Below, piece after piece: positions 1-12,559 of a stretch of DNA of 64,000 nt. This DNA is from Eledone cirrhosa. Lineage: Eukaryota. The notes under the pieces were generated by a model that searched no databases, was not told where the DNA came from, and worked only from the letters and a program-made list of their open reading frames with translations. The DNA lies in the NCBI GenBank assembly GCA_964016885.1, contig OZ024742.1, positions 60,512,001 to 60,576,000 of the forward strand, in the 5' to 3' direction. The position numbers were made by a program, and so were the translations under genes. Numbering within the stretch: the stretch's first letter is position 1; each line of letters starts with the position of its first letter.

Positions 1-389
1 GGTAGTGGTGTTGGTGTTGGAGTCAGATCAAAGAAATGATAAAGTGGTAGAAGGAATAAGATGGTAAAGGAACAAAATACAATAATCAAATAAAATGTGT
101 GTGTGTTATATACCCAATCTCAATTGTTAGAACTATTTGTAAGGTCACTCTTCCCATTGGTCAGTTTTGAGAGCATTCCTCAGTCAAAATTCTATAGAAA
201 TTCTTTTTAGGGTGAGGATCCCTGTAGTGTTTGATTTTGCTATTGTTAAGTACATCTGACCTCTACCCTTATTTTGGTAGTGGTGTTGGTGGAGGTAGGG
301 GGGTCTGCCATGTATATGAAGAAATAGAAGGCAATGAAATGAAGAAGACAGAAAATAAATAATAAATATAAAATAAATGAAAAATTAAT

Positions 390-470
390 GAAAAATGAAA
401 AATGAAAAATGAAAAATGAAAAATGAAAAATGAAAAATGTAAAATGAAAAATGAAAAATGAAAAATAAAA
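390..470. repeat. (AAAATGA)n heptamer tandem repeat inside PLE 3' UTR
   Basis: Direct reading: about 11 copies of aaaaatg/aaaatga. Confidence 0.9.
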
Positions 471-1213
471 ATGAAGATTCAAATAAAATAAAATGTGTGT
501 GTGCTATAACCATCTCAAAGTCAGAACGATGTTGGATAAAGTGGTAGAAGGAACAAGATGGTAAAACGAAAAACGAAAGATAATCAAATAAAATGTGTGT
601 TATAACAAATCTCTACTTAAATATAAGGCAGTAAAGTGAAGAAAACAGAAAACAAATGAAATATCAAGTAAAATAAAATGTGTGTGTGTTATAAAGATGT
701 TGGCCAAATTAGAAAGGCTGTGTCAGAATCAATCTCTAGGCTATCATGGTGTCTGCTCATCCTGGGTGGGTCCCTATGGCTTGGGGAGAGTTCCCAACCT
801 TGGGGTTGTTTTTGCCCATATAGGTTGAGGGAGATCTGGCCGAGAGGTGTCTACATGTGCTGGGGAAGCCCCTATATCTTGAGGGGAGTTCACATCTCAG
901 TGTGTTGCTACTGTCCATATAGCTTGAGGAAGTCTGCATGTCCCGAGGTGTCTGCATGTCCCGAAGGTGTCTGCATGTCCCGAAGAAGTCGGTTCTGAGG
1001 TTTATCAGGCGGATTCCACCTTTTAGTACCACGAGGGTCTCGTTCAGACATAGTTTGCATATGCCAGCTCCCCCTTTATCGGGTGGTACTTTCCTGATTA
1101 TGGACCAGTTCCTCAGTGAAATAACAACCCAACCAGGAACTGGGCATATCAGAGTATTAACAAAGTTAAACACCTCAACAACATGTGTACTCGTCTCTAC
1201 CACACTAATTCGG

Positions 1214-1268
1214 ATTGCCTGAAGAGGTCACAGCCAAAGATGGCTGTCACCGAAATATATATAGCAGT
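1214..1268 (+). ncRNA. Type I hammerhead ribozyme in PLE pLTR
   Basis: ATTGC-CTGAAGA-ggt c acagcca aaga tggctgt c acc-GAAA TATATA TA-GCAGT. Stems I and II pair; stem III is palindromic. Confidence 0.85.
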
Positions 1269-1424
1269 AATAAACGAAGCCAAATTTAAAAAAAACTGTA
1301 AACATTTGACTTATTTATTTTATTTTACATTACTCTGGAGTAACCAAACCAACCTGCGCACTTCGTCGAGTGCTCCAATCTGCATACTGAGGTGTTGGTA
1401 TACAACCAGCATATACTCAAAATT

Positions 1425-1461
<37 letters not shown>

Positions 1462-1912
1462 GGGAGTATTTTACAAATGAAAACCGAAATAAATTCCTTT
1501 AGTATTTTCTACTGTTTTTTGTTTTTTTTAATATATATATATATATATATATATCATAGATTGAGTTAGAAACTCATAAATCTTTAAATCGAGACAGGCA
1601 AACCATATTGTTTTTTTTATATTAGTATTTTTTCAACCTAGCTAACTTGGTCATTTGCAATTCGAACACATGTATACTTGTATCGGCGTTCATCCCTCTC
1701 ATACATTCAATTGTATATATATTTGCGTGCGCGCGCGCGTGTGTGTGTATGTGTGAGTGTGCGTGTGCGTGTCCGTGTGTCAGAGTGTGTGTGTGTGATT
1801 GTAAACATCTGACCATTTTGTTAACTTTTATACACCATGTTAATACAGCCACTTAATGAAAATCCCTTGTTTGCATAGAATAAATGAACTTTGTATCATT
1901 CTGTATCACTAG

Positions 1913-2095
1913 GGGAATTGGCAGTATCGATAGAGGGTCTGACGCCATGCTTTCCTGCATAGTTACGTCCCTTTACGGTCTGAGTTCAAATCCCGTCGAG
2001 GTTAACTTTGCCTTTCATCCATACGGGGTCGATAAAATAAAGTACCCGTAATGTACCGGGTAATTGCTGGCCTTGTGCCAAAAGTAGAAACAACC
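1913..2095 (+). mobile_element. tRNA-derived SINE (Meta-domain type)
   Basis: A-box-like TGGCAGTATCGA, B box GAGTTCAAATCC, central GCCTTTCATCC..GGGGTCGATAAAATAAAGTACC. Several copies in the window. Confidence 0.85.
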
Positions 2096-2217
2096 ATGTA
2101 TTTTTCTCTAAGTATAATTTTTTTTAATCCATCAGCCAACGCCCTTCACCCATCTCAATCACTACCTTCCTCTACCATCAGAGAATGTATTAATACCACC
2201 ATATCACATTGACAGTC

Positions 2218-2269
2218 GGCTTTCCTGATGATTTCCTTCGAATGAAACAGTTCTAGTCCTGTAGAAGTC
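2218..2269 (+). ncRNA. Type I hammerhead ribozyme in a solo PLE tail fragment (about 2100-2345)
   Basis: ggctttc-CTGATGA-t ttc cttc gaa t-GAA ACAG ttctagtc CTGT A-gaagtc. The fragment ends at a CA/TA microsatellite. Confidence 0.75.
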
Positions 2270-2347
2270 ATTTCTATTTTAAATATTTATACTCTGCTTG
2301 TAGTGAGTCCCTTATTTACTGTGGTTACCCCCAATTGAACTCGGGAT

Positions 2348-2392
<45 letters not shown>

Positions 2393-2420
2393 CACACACA
2401 CACGCACATACACACACACC

Positions 2421-2494
<74 letters not shown>

Positions 2495-3259
2495 TGAGAG
2501 AGAGGGGGGAAGAGATAAATATATGAAAATGAATTACGTTTTCTTATGCGTCGGTAACAAATTTCATTGGGAAGTTAAACAATGTTTCCTTGATTTAATT
2601 TCAAATTACTGATCACTCTTATCGCCCAATTGCACACACGTTATTTATGCGAACGTGACAATCTACATTTTTATATAAAGCAGACATTTTTCTTTTATAT
2701 TTTAACATATTTCATTGATAAAAAAGAATATTTTATAGATATGCAATGTGATATTTGGATATCACATTTGTGTTAAATATTGTTCATAAAAGACATTTGA
2801 ACGTGATGTGTAAATATCTTGAAGGTTGAGTGATATTAAGAAGAGGAATCGAATGCTTTGAGCTATTTATAAACGTTATAATTAAACGATTAAGTATAGC
2901 CTGTTATAGAATTCAGAAGAATTTCAACTATGTTATATTTCACAATTAAATTATATTATTTAGCTAAATGGGCATTTACTTGAAACGTGCAAATATATTT
3001 AGGATAAAGAATCACATGCGAGGAGACGGAGGGACGAAGGTAAAAATGAAAGGCAGGTGTAGTAATAATTGCTAATTGGATTTCATGGAAAACTATGGAA
3101 AAATTAAGTTTGTAGTTTCCATTCGATGACTAGAATACAATTATATCGGTAACTGTGGCAATGGAGGTAGTTGTAAGGATGTCAGTGTGTATGGAGAGAG
3201 CGCAGGGTGGGATACAGATATGTTCTATGTCAATGGATAGGAATAAAAGAAGATAGGTT

Positions 3260-3975
3260 TATGATGCTGATGAATTTGATATCGATGATTGGTGATGATG
3301 AAAATGAATATGATGCTGTTAATGTCGATGACGATGGTAAATGATGATTATGCTTATAAAGTGGAAGGTGAAGTTGGGGATGATGATAATGATGATCATG
3401 GGGAGAATGAGGATCATGAAGATAATCATTGTGATAATACAGTTTTTATGGGGGTTGATGATAACGTTAATGGTGATCATGAGGATGAGGATTATGATAA
3501 AACCGACAACATTAAGGAGCAAAAATAATGATGGACCATAGGAAGAATAACAAATTTGGGGAAGGTCAGAAATGATAAAATGTGATGAGAAAGAGTAGGA
3601 GGAGAATAAGCATGATTATAATTTCAATAAGGATAATACTGATCCTAATGAGGATAACGTCGATGAATTGAGGAATAAAGGAGAATACTGAAGAGGATGC
3701 CGATGATATTGAAAAAATGAATGGCGAAGAAGATGACTATAAAGTTTGAATAATATAATAATGGTAAAGATGATAAATTATGATGAGCAGATATAAAAGA
3801 TAACAATAATGATGACATTTGAGATGAATAGGATGGGTAGGAGAAACATCTAGACAAAGAATATTGTTAATGATGATGAAGGTGAAGGTGATTATTATGA
3901 TGGTATTGATGATGGCCGTCAGTATGATGATAAAAAGGGTGATGGGGATTATGAATAGATTGATGATGATGGTAA
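3260..3975. repeat. Degenerate (GAT/ATG)n low-complexity tract
   Basis: Dense gatgat motifs. ORFs here are D/M/I-rich artefacts. Confidence 0.8.
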
Positions 3976-3991
3976 GAAGGAGCCAAAGAAG

Positions 3992-4160
3992 ATAATTGTT
4001 TTTACTTTTTGGCACAAGGCCAGCAATTATCCCAGTGCATTACTGGTGCTTTATTTTATCAACCCCTAAGGATAAAAGGCAAAATTTACCTTGGTGGGAT
4101 TTGAACTCAGGCTGTCAAGAGCCGTAACTCTGTGCTGCAAATCATGGTGGCCGACCATCT
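3992..4160 (-). mobile_element. tRNA-derived SINE
   Basis: Reverse complement of the 1913-2095 family (ggcacaaggccagcaattatcccagtgcattactgg..gggatttgaactcag). Confidence 0.8.
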
Positions 4161-5134
4161 ATCAAAAAAATGAATTGAGATTACTTTGAAGACGTTCACA
4201 TATTCTCGCCATTTCCATCTCCTCGCATGACCATGATGTCGTTTCTGATACTCTTCTTTAGTCAAGGAAAATCGTTCGTCGCGCTTACGTATCATGATAA
4301 GCATTTTAGTCGTAAATTTCTATATATGTGGGACCACTAGGATGATGCTATTGAATGTATCTTTTCTGAAGCTGCTGTGTTATTCGAAGAAGATTTAACT
4401 GTAACTCCTAACAGGACAAGCGTCCAAGTAAAATTTCCAAGACGCATAATCGGTAATTGCAGATTGAGTTGGATATTTAGCTGCTACATGTAGATGCACG
4501 TGTAAGTAAGCAGCGTCTCGTTAGTTGGCTCCAGCTACTTTGTGTTACATAGAAGCAAAAGAAATAGGTTGTTGAAAATTCGCCAGCACATTAGATCCTC
4601 ATTTAATTGAAAAGTTAAATTGTTATTAGTGATATTTATCCTCACAGCTCAGAGTTTATCTAGCAGATAAACTATGCTTAAAACATTCCAGATTTCAGGA
4701 TCATATCTTTTAAAGATATAATTTATATGAAAGTGAATCATCCAATATGCACTTATATCTTTTAAAGAAAATAAAGTATGTTTACAGGGGAATTTGCCTG
4801 CTAATTAAAGCTGGTCAAACAAATCTGTTGCGACACCTCTGAAAGCTCTTAGATGGATTCCATAGAAATCAACGAAAAGATGACATTTATTTAGGTATGT
4901 GGCAAGGCAATGCAGAGAACTTAAGCATTCAGTCAAAATAGAATTTAGAAAATTACATTGAAATTTACTGTGCCAGACACGATTTTACTTTATTAAATGT
5001 TTCTACATTTGGCACAAGACCAGCAATTAGACGGGAAGTGTAAAGTCAATTAAATGGATCATAGTGCGTTACTGTTACTTTGTATTATTGACCCCGACAT
5101 CATTTGAATTCAGAACATAAAAAACCGGAAATAT

Positions 5135-7330
5135 ATGTTGCCGCACCTACATTGATTGGTTTCCATTTAGCATAATTTATCCGAACACAAATACTCGCGC
5201 TTTAGTATAAAAAGTTCGGAGCAACAAGAACCTGTCCATACTCCTGCTTCCACAACAGAGCCCTGCACCGCGGCCATATGCATTTCCGAGGTCTACGAAA
5301 CAAGCATACACCTCTTGACCCAGGATTTCTCAAAGATGTTTCGAAGTGTGAGTATTTGGTCGGATGTTAACTAGTGTGGACTCGAAAATATCCCTAAATT
5401 TCCTTGCCAGAGACTTAACAGACATTTTAGTGAGGAGACTTAACAAGGAGATCTCTCTTGTTTACCTTTTTGAAATGGACATTATCACACCTTATTGCCA
5501 TTGCTTAAGAGGCCTTTCTCTAGATACAGGATACCAGTTACACACGAGTCAACCAGCAAATAACTTGTTTATTTAATGCTTTTAACATCTCGGGTTGAAT
5601 CTCCTTAGCGGCCTTGCAACATTTGAGGTCTTTAAATTTTCTTGTCGCCTCAGCATCACACAAGTTAATCATCACTTTCAGATTCACCTCATAAATGTCA
5701 GAAGATGCTGTTGTGAACGGGTTTAGGAGATAGTTTTCTCCTAAATGTCATCGAATGGTCTGCCAGAATACTTTATTTGCTGATCTAAAGTTGGTTTCCA
5801 GCTTAACGCGAAAATCTTTAATGTCTTAACTTTTGATGCGTTAGTGTCTTTCCTGCGACGTTACAGGACTGCTCGTACACTAAGTGCAAGAAGAAGGATT
5901 TATTTCCATGCCACTTTTTGTAAGCTTCCTTCTTTCCTCGGATGTCATCAATGATGACTTGATCGAACCAAGGTATCCAGCCGCCTTCCGGCGCCATTAT
6001 TATCCACTTTCGTCCATAGCATTTAGCAGCCGAAGCAGAAACTGCCAAATTGAATAGTCACCTCTCCGTTTCGACATCCTCAATTTGCTCAGGGAGTTTT
6101 CTGAATTAGGATGCCATAGTATCTGCATTCTTGGTCCTGACTTTACTATCCTCCAGCGTTTCCCACTTTGACCTGTACCTACCAGGTTTGAGAGATTTCT
6201 TTAGGCTTTAGTTAGTTTCAAGCAGCAGATAACTAGATGGTTATCAGTTAACTATTCAGCCCCTTTCTTAACACGAACATCCAGCATAGACTCGAAGAGA
6301 TCAGAGAAAATAACAAAATCAAGCATTGATCTCTGTACCCAATTTCCCTTATACCATGTGTATTTATGGATGTCTTTGTGCTGGAAGGTGTTCATAAAAG
6401 AGAGCCCATTACTAGAACAGATGGCTAATAATGCCACTATTCGGATTTAGATTGCGATCGCCCTACCTTCTTGTCACTCCATTCCGTGTCTGATTGTCAA
6501 TGCACTGATGTTTCCCAGTAGGATATATGACTTAGGCCTAATTGCATCTAACTCCGTAGTGATATCATCAAGAAAGGATCTGTATTCGGGCTCTCTGTTT
6601 GGCGCATAAACTTGCACCACAGACAGAGACCTATCTTTCACACTACGTTTCAAGAGGTAAATCATTCCTCCCAATGGGACCCAGTCTATAACACATTCGA
6701 ACAGATGGGTGCTCGTGATTATCCCCACTGCAGCCTTTGCTGTGTTTGATGCACCATATCTGAATAGTGTAGTTTCCATCCGCCCTCCATATCAACACTA
6801 GCACTGAACATAATTGAGGAAACCACCACCACACTTAGTCCGTAGCATCTGGCCGCCTCCACTAATTCCTGTTCCTTTCTGGTTATGGTTTAAACCATGG
6901 GTCAGCAACCTACCGCCCACGGGCCGGATGAGGCCCGCGAAGGGATTTTGACCGGCCCGCGAGAACTGATGCCCAATGAGTTGTTTATTTAAAATTTAAA
7001 TTTATTGTAATATGAGAGACGAGACTTTCGAATACAATAAAAGGCCTGCTGTTACATTCTTCCACAAATCTTCTGATTCAGTCTAGCTAATGTCCACCAC
7101 CAACCGGATTTGAACGCTTTGACGGCAAAAACACAATTAAAAATTCGTCGCATTACTACATTCATCTGTGGTTAATACAAATTATTTAACACTCGTGATT
7201 AAATTTTAGCTTGTGTAATATTCCATATTATTCTTTTATGGCCTTTGTCCGGCCCGCTATATCCGGCCCGTGGTGGCAAAGAAGTTGCGATTTCTGGTTT
7301 AAACGTTTCAATTTCCAATTCTCAAGGTTT
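5135..7330 (-). mobile_element. Decayed RTE-like LINE (APE endonuclease to RT N-terminus), interrupted by a hAT MITE
   Basis: Minus-strand fragments IGN*NV*TITRKEQELVE, LSVVQVYAPN, NTFQHKDIHKYTWY..SMLDFVI, IPWFDQVI. Frameshifts and stops throughout. Confidence 0.85.
6896..7296. mobile_element. Non-autonomous hAT (Charlie/SPIN-like) MITE with 8-bp TSD GTTTAAAC
   Basis: Starts catgggtcagcaacc..gggccggatgaggcccgc and ends ggcccg..aagttgcgatttctg. GTTTAAAC occurs at 6888-6895 and 7297-7304. Confidence 0.85.
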
Positions 7331-8850
7331 GCTCCCTTCCCGACACTATTTTGTGTCTCGGGATACGTAACCATTGTGCATCCGCGCAACGTCTTCCAAG
7401 ATAGGTAGCAAGCCCATCGCCAGTTCTTGCGGTATGAATATTTTTATTTCTTCTGACTGCCGATCCACCACCCTAATTTATATAATGCTTAGTGTACCGA
7501 AGAGAATTAATTCAAGTTGATAATCTACAATAGAAAACATCCAACGCCTCAATAAGTCTCGTCTATAAAAGAAATAATTAATGAAAATAATTAAATATCG
7601 CTTTTATAGCTCTGAACATAAATGACTGCTTTGCATTACGCCTAGAAGTTTAACCACTGGAAACACCGTGACAAGAACATGGTAAGAGGAGATTATGTAC
7701 GTTGCACCCGACCTCTTGAATATCTCAGCAAATCTTTCAATCAGTCCTTAGCGTGTTAATTAAAGAGAGGACCAATTATATAATATGTACTACATATGCC
7801 TAAAACGAAAGCAAAACAGCAAATGCAACAGCAGCTGCTGTGGCTGCTGCTGCTGCTACTACTACTACTACTACTACTACTACTATAAATGCCTTGTATT
7901 TGGACGCACTGAAACACTACATCCGTCACATATTACTCCAATTTGAGCTGAAACATTTCCACGGCTTAAAGGAATGAATATCATCAAACTATCTCACTCA
8001 CATCTTCTATTTTAGTGTCTTGCTAATTGGGGATGTCGCAATTATATAACAGAGTTAAACGTGTCAGTTGCGAAAGAAAATTTATTCTATTCCAACTTTG
8101 AAAACAATTAAGATATTTTTTTAACAAATAAAATATTCATGCTTTTCATTTGCGGACATATTTTTCTGTCTCTCAATTTTAATGTGAAACCCGTTTACTT
8201 TATCTCCCATGCCAATCTTAATTAAAATTCGTATAAAAATTATTATACACTTCAAAGTGATATCTTCGTTTTCAGAAATGAATGTGGAAAGAATGCAAAT
8301 ATTCCTGCTTTAATTTCCTTCAGGACATCTTCTCTATGACAGTTTGCGGGAATTTCTGTCAACAAACCTCCACCTCATTCCGCTAACACGAATTCTATTT
8401 TAAATTCTCAATAAAGCAACATAGTGTTTTAATTACGATGGACTGTCGAAAACGAGAAGAGTAAAATTCTTTTTTCTGTAGGACCTCACAAAAAATTGAA
8501 CAACTCTATAAAGGCTATAAAATGAACTTCCACCACGTCTAATGATGGGGCCATTCGCTCTTTGATCAACGGATTATCAGTGTAACCTTAACGTAATTCT
8601 CAGGGAGATTCAGCATGACGCAATATGACATGGCTGATGTTTTCAATTACAGATGAAGGCTATCGGAAAGGCTACCAAAAAATGTCTGTCTATGTAATTT
8701 CACGCGCAGGATTTGTGTTGATCCGTGGTGATGGTAAATAGTTTTACTATCAATTACAAATTCACATTTTTAAACCATTCTTGCCCAATAATTCTTGCCT
8801 TCTACCGAGTCTCCTACAACTCGTTTATTTCCACTGACTGATTGGCAGGG

Positions 8851-8920
<70 letters not shown>

Positions 8921-8922
<2 letters not shown>

Positions 8923-10622
8923 CGGAGGAAATGTGGTAAGGAACCAGGTGGACCATAACGTACCACAGTACTCAATACTTAGGGTAGTAGAGTGGGTAAT
9001 AGGAACGAGTAGAACCCCGACGGCTGAGCTCAAGCCGTTTCGACGGCTAATTCTGGACTAATTCTGTAAATGCTTGATTGTTCGTTCCAGTTTTAGTTTA
9101 GTCCGAAGTTTAGTGCATTAAGTAGAGGTTGGAATTTGTTAATGAAATACGTTTCCTTATTGGTACGATGGATGAAAGTAGCGTGTCTATGAATTTGTAA
9201 ATAGGGAAAATTTTAAAGTTTGGATGTTGGTTGGGTGCACAATTGGCGATATGTTCACTAAATGCAAACTTTCTGTATTCCTGTATTTTGATTTGTGATT
9301 TATGGACGCTCATACGTTGTCGGAGGCTGTTTTTGTCTATCCTTTGTTGTGTTCTTGACAACCTGAGCAGGTCAAAACATAGATTAGATTTTCAGATGGA
9401 CATGTAAAGTTGTGTTTAACTGTGAAATGTTGTCTTGTTTAAAATGGAATGTTGAACCTTCTATTAGATTTATGCATATGCCACAGTTGGGCCTTCCGCA
9501 TTTTGTTACTGTAGGGTTCATTGTGAGGGTTTGTTGGATTTTGGCTCGTGTGAGGATGTTTTTTATGGATTTAGTTTGTCTTTTGCTCTTTATGATGTTG
9601 TGTGTTTGAAGGATTTTGCTCATTCTTGGGTCTCTTTTTAGTAAAGGAATGTTCTGGAGGATGGTGTTAATGCCTCATTGTTGAGGGGGTTGTGTGTGGA
9701 GATGTATGGTAGAGTTTTCTGTTGCGGTTCATTCCTGGGTTTGGGGTGTCTGAGTTCCTGGATGTCGAGTTTTAGGGCACGTTGGAATCCATTGTTGATT
9801 AGGGATGGTGGGTAGTTTCTGCTGATAAGTGTGTTTTATAATTCTTCTAGTCGTGTGTAGCATGTGTATTTATCTGAAACTATTGTGCAGATCCTTCTGG
9901 CTGGGTTATAAGGAATTGCCATTTTGGTGTGTCTAGGGTGGCACGAGTTGAATGGAAGGTATTGTTTGGAGTCTGTGGGTTTGTAGTATATGTCTGTTTC
10001 TATTTTGTCGTTTGTTTTCTTGATGAGGATGTCGAGGAAAGGGAGTTGTTCATGGCTGTAATCCATTGTGAATTGTAAGTTAGTGTTGGGCCCATTCAGA
10101 AGGGTTTTGAACTCAAACAGTCTATCTATACTTTCATGCCAGAGGATGAAGCAGTCGTCTAGATATCTCTTCCAGTTCTTTTCTATGTGTTGGTAGAAGT
10201 GGTTGCCGTATTTGTCTAGAACTTTGCGGAAGAGAGTGGTTTCCAAATATCCCATCACAATTTGGCGTATGAGGGGTTACTTTCGTGCCCATGGCATTCC
10301 CAGATTTCTGTCTGTAGTATTTGGCATTGAATTCGAAGAAATTGTTTTCCAAGATGAATTTGAGTCCCTCCAACACAAATTCTTTAGGGATGCGCTGTGG
10401 GAGTTCACTAGGGAAATTTTCAAGCCAGAATTGTATTGCCTCTATACCTAGGTAGTGTGGGATATTGGAATATAAATTGATGACATCAAAGTAGGTTATG
10501 TTCATTATTGAGTGTTGTTGGGAGGTGGTTGAGCATGCCAAGGTCGTCCCTTATGAAGATTTTATGTGTTTTAGGAAAGGTTTAAGCAGAATATCTAGGA
10601 AGTTGCTTAGGCGGTGGGTTTC
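8921..10622 (-). mobile_element. 5'-truncated, frameshifted Penelope-like element (Neptune-like): RT, GIY-YIG and tail
   Basis: FDVINLYSNIPH, YRQKSGNAMGT, WKRYLDDCF, LPFLDILI, YYKPTDSKQYL..SCHPRH, KCGRPNCGIC, LRQRMSVH..FSEH. Flanked by TA/CA microsatellites. Confidence 0.9.
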
Positions 10623-11016
10623 ATATATATATAGATAGATGGAAAAAATGAAACGAAATTTCATTTCTCACTCTTAGTACGGCTGTTACTTAAATATAAG
10701 TATGTATACGTACATACATATATGTATACAGGCATACAGTAGTATGTAGTATGTATATATATATATACATGCACACATATATATATATGTACGTATGGAT
10801 TCACCGAACATTTATGCTCGGTTTGTTTGTAAACAAACATCCCGAATTAAGCCGTACAGTGTTTAGCAACCATCGTTGCCCTTTTGTTCAACACTGACAA
10901 AGGGACGCTGTACTAGTTTCAAGCTTATACCTTCCTGCCAGATGATTAAACGTCTGAAAGTATATACTTTCCTTATGCATATTAACGGCTGAGCAGCCTA
11001 ATTTGAATATCGAGTG

Positions 11017-11064
<48 letters not shown>

Positions 11065-11139
11065 ATGTATGTCCGTGTACATACATATATACACACACAC
11101 TCACACGCGCACACACGCATACACACACATACACACACA

Positions 11140-11234
<95 letters not shown>

Positions 11235-12559
11235 ACATACATACACCACCTTAAATGAGAGTTTCCAAATTTGAAAAAGTGTTTTAACACAAAATGACTT
11301 ACGTCGCCTTCACCCACCAAGACACGTTTTAAATTGTTTTTAGGTAAGTAATCACCACTTTCCACAACAGATATACGGTTTTTAAATTCGAGTTTCTGAA
11401 TTTGTTTATAATTACTCTTTGATACACCTGATTGTAAACGTTAATCGTTTAATATCTTTACCGACAACATTATCCATAAAACTATAAAATCCGATAAGGT
11501 ATTTGTTTTCAATCAGCATGAAGCAGACATAAAATCATGAAATAATTTTGTAGAAACTAAAGGAAATCTTTGCAGTATGATATTTATTGTTATGTCCCCA
11601 TCACAATTACATTTGATATTTACATTTAATATAAACAGTACTTTCTTAAATATAGCTGTAGTTATGCCGAATTTGAGATCAAACTTCCGGAACTAAGTTG
11701 ATTTCATTCAAACAAAGCAAATATTTCGTGAATATTAATACAATATTACGGCAAAGATGACAAAAACCGCGTCACAAAATAACATCAGAAATTCTAAAAT
11801 ATGATGTAAATCAGAGAAACAAATTGTTGAAGATATCGGATACAATTGAATAATGTTCTGTTTATAAACTCTGATGTCGTATTTAATCCATTTCCCTGTG
11901 AGAAGATTTCAATCCCACCGGGGTTTACTTTTCTTTTCAAAATTTCTTGGTAGTTATTTTTCACTCTCTTTGCGTTCTGATTTCAACTTTCAGCTATGGT
12001 CTGTTTGAGTAGTAGTCTCTGTCACCCTGTTTAACATCACCACACCACATAGCGCTCAAATTGCTTTAGCGGTGTTTAATTTGGATAAAGCATTCGTCAT
12101 GAGCCTAGGGTTTAATAATACTCTCGACAAACCCACCTCATCAATAAGCTTTGAAAGTGTCAAGGACAATGTAATACTTTCTAGGATTAAACTGTAAAAT
12201 AATTATTTCTAATTTCGAGTCGAAGCACAGGGATTTTGGAAGGAACGGAAACATGATTATATTGACACAAGTACATGAATAGTAGTTATATTATCGACCT
12301 CATAAGGCTTAATGTAAAAGTTGACTTTGGCGCGATTTGAACACAGAATATAAAGAGCCAACTGCAAAGTATTTTGAGCGATGATTTAACAATTCTTCCA
12401 GTGAATGCTGTTCAAATGATATGATTTCTTAGACATCTTGAAATCAATTAAGATTTTTATAAGATTTAAATATTGAAATATTGGTAAAATCTAACCAGTG
12501 AAGTGAAATATTGTTCTCGATATAAAAATGTATAATTTGAAATATAAAATAAGGATTTT

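Larger units (their letters stand above)
1..1335 (-). mobile_element. Penelope-like element 3' fragment (GIY-YIG C-terminus plus 3' UTR on minus) with inverted terminal pLTR piece at about 1110-1335
   Basis: Minus ORF contains NWSIIRKVPP..GICKLCLNETL..LINLRTDFFGTCRH, the PLE endonuclease end. Bases 1-950 are the reverse complement of the 3' UTR at about 42080-43090. Bases 1110-1335 match 43285-43490 in the same orientation. Confidence 0.8.

Noticed and set aside
1913-2000. tRNA gene
   Set aside because: A/B boxes belong to a SINE head; no cloverleaf, and it continues into the SINE core.
3289-3541. Acidic or Met-rich ORFs
   Set aside because: Product of a degenerate GAT repeat; no splice or domain evidence.
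4107-4330. Possible Tc1/mariner transposase remnant (LTKEEYQKR..W)
   Set aside because: Similarity too weak; no DDE motif or TIRs seen.
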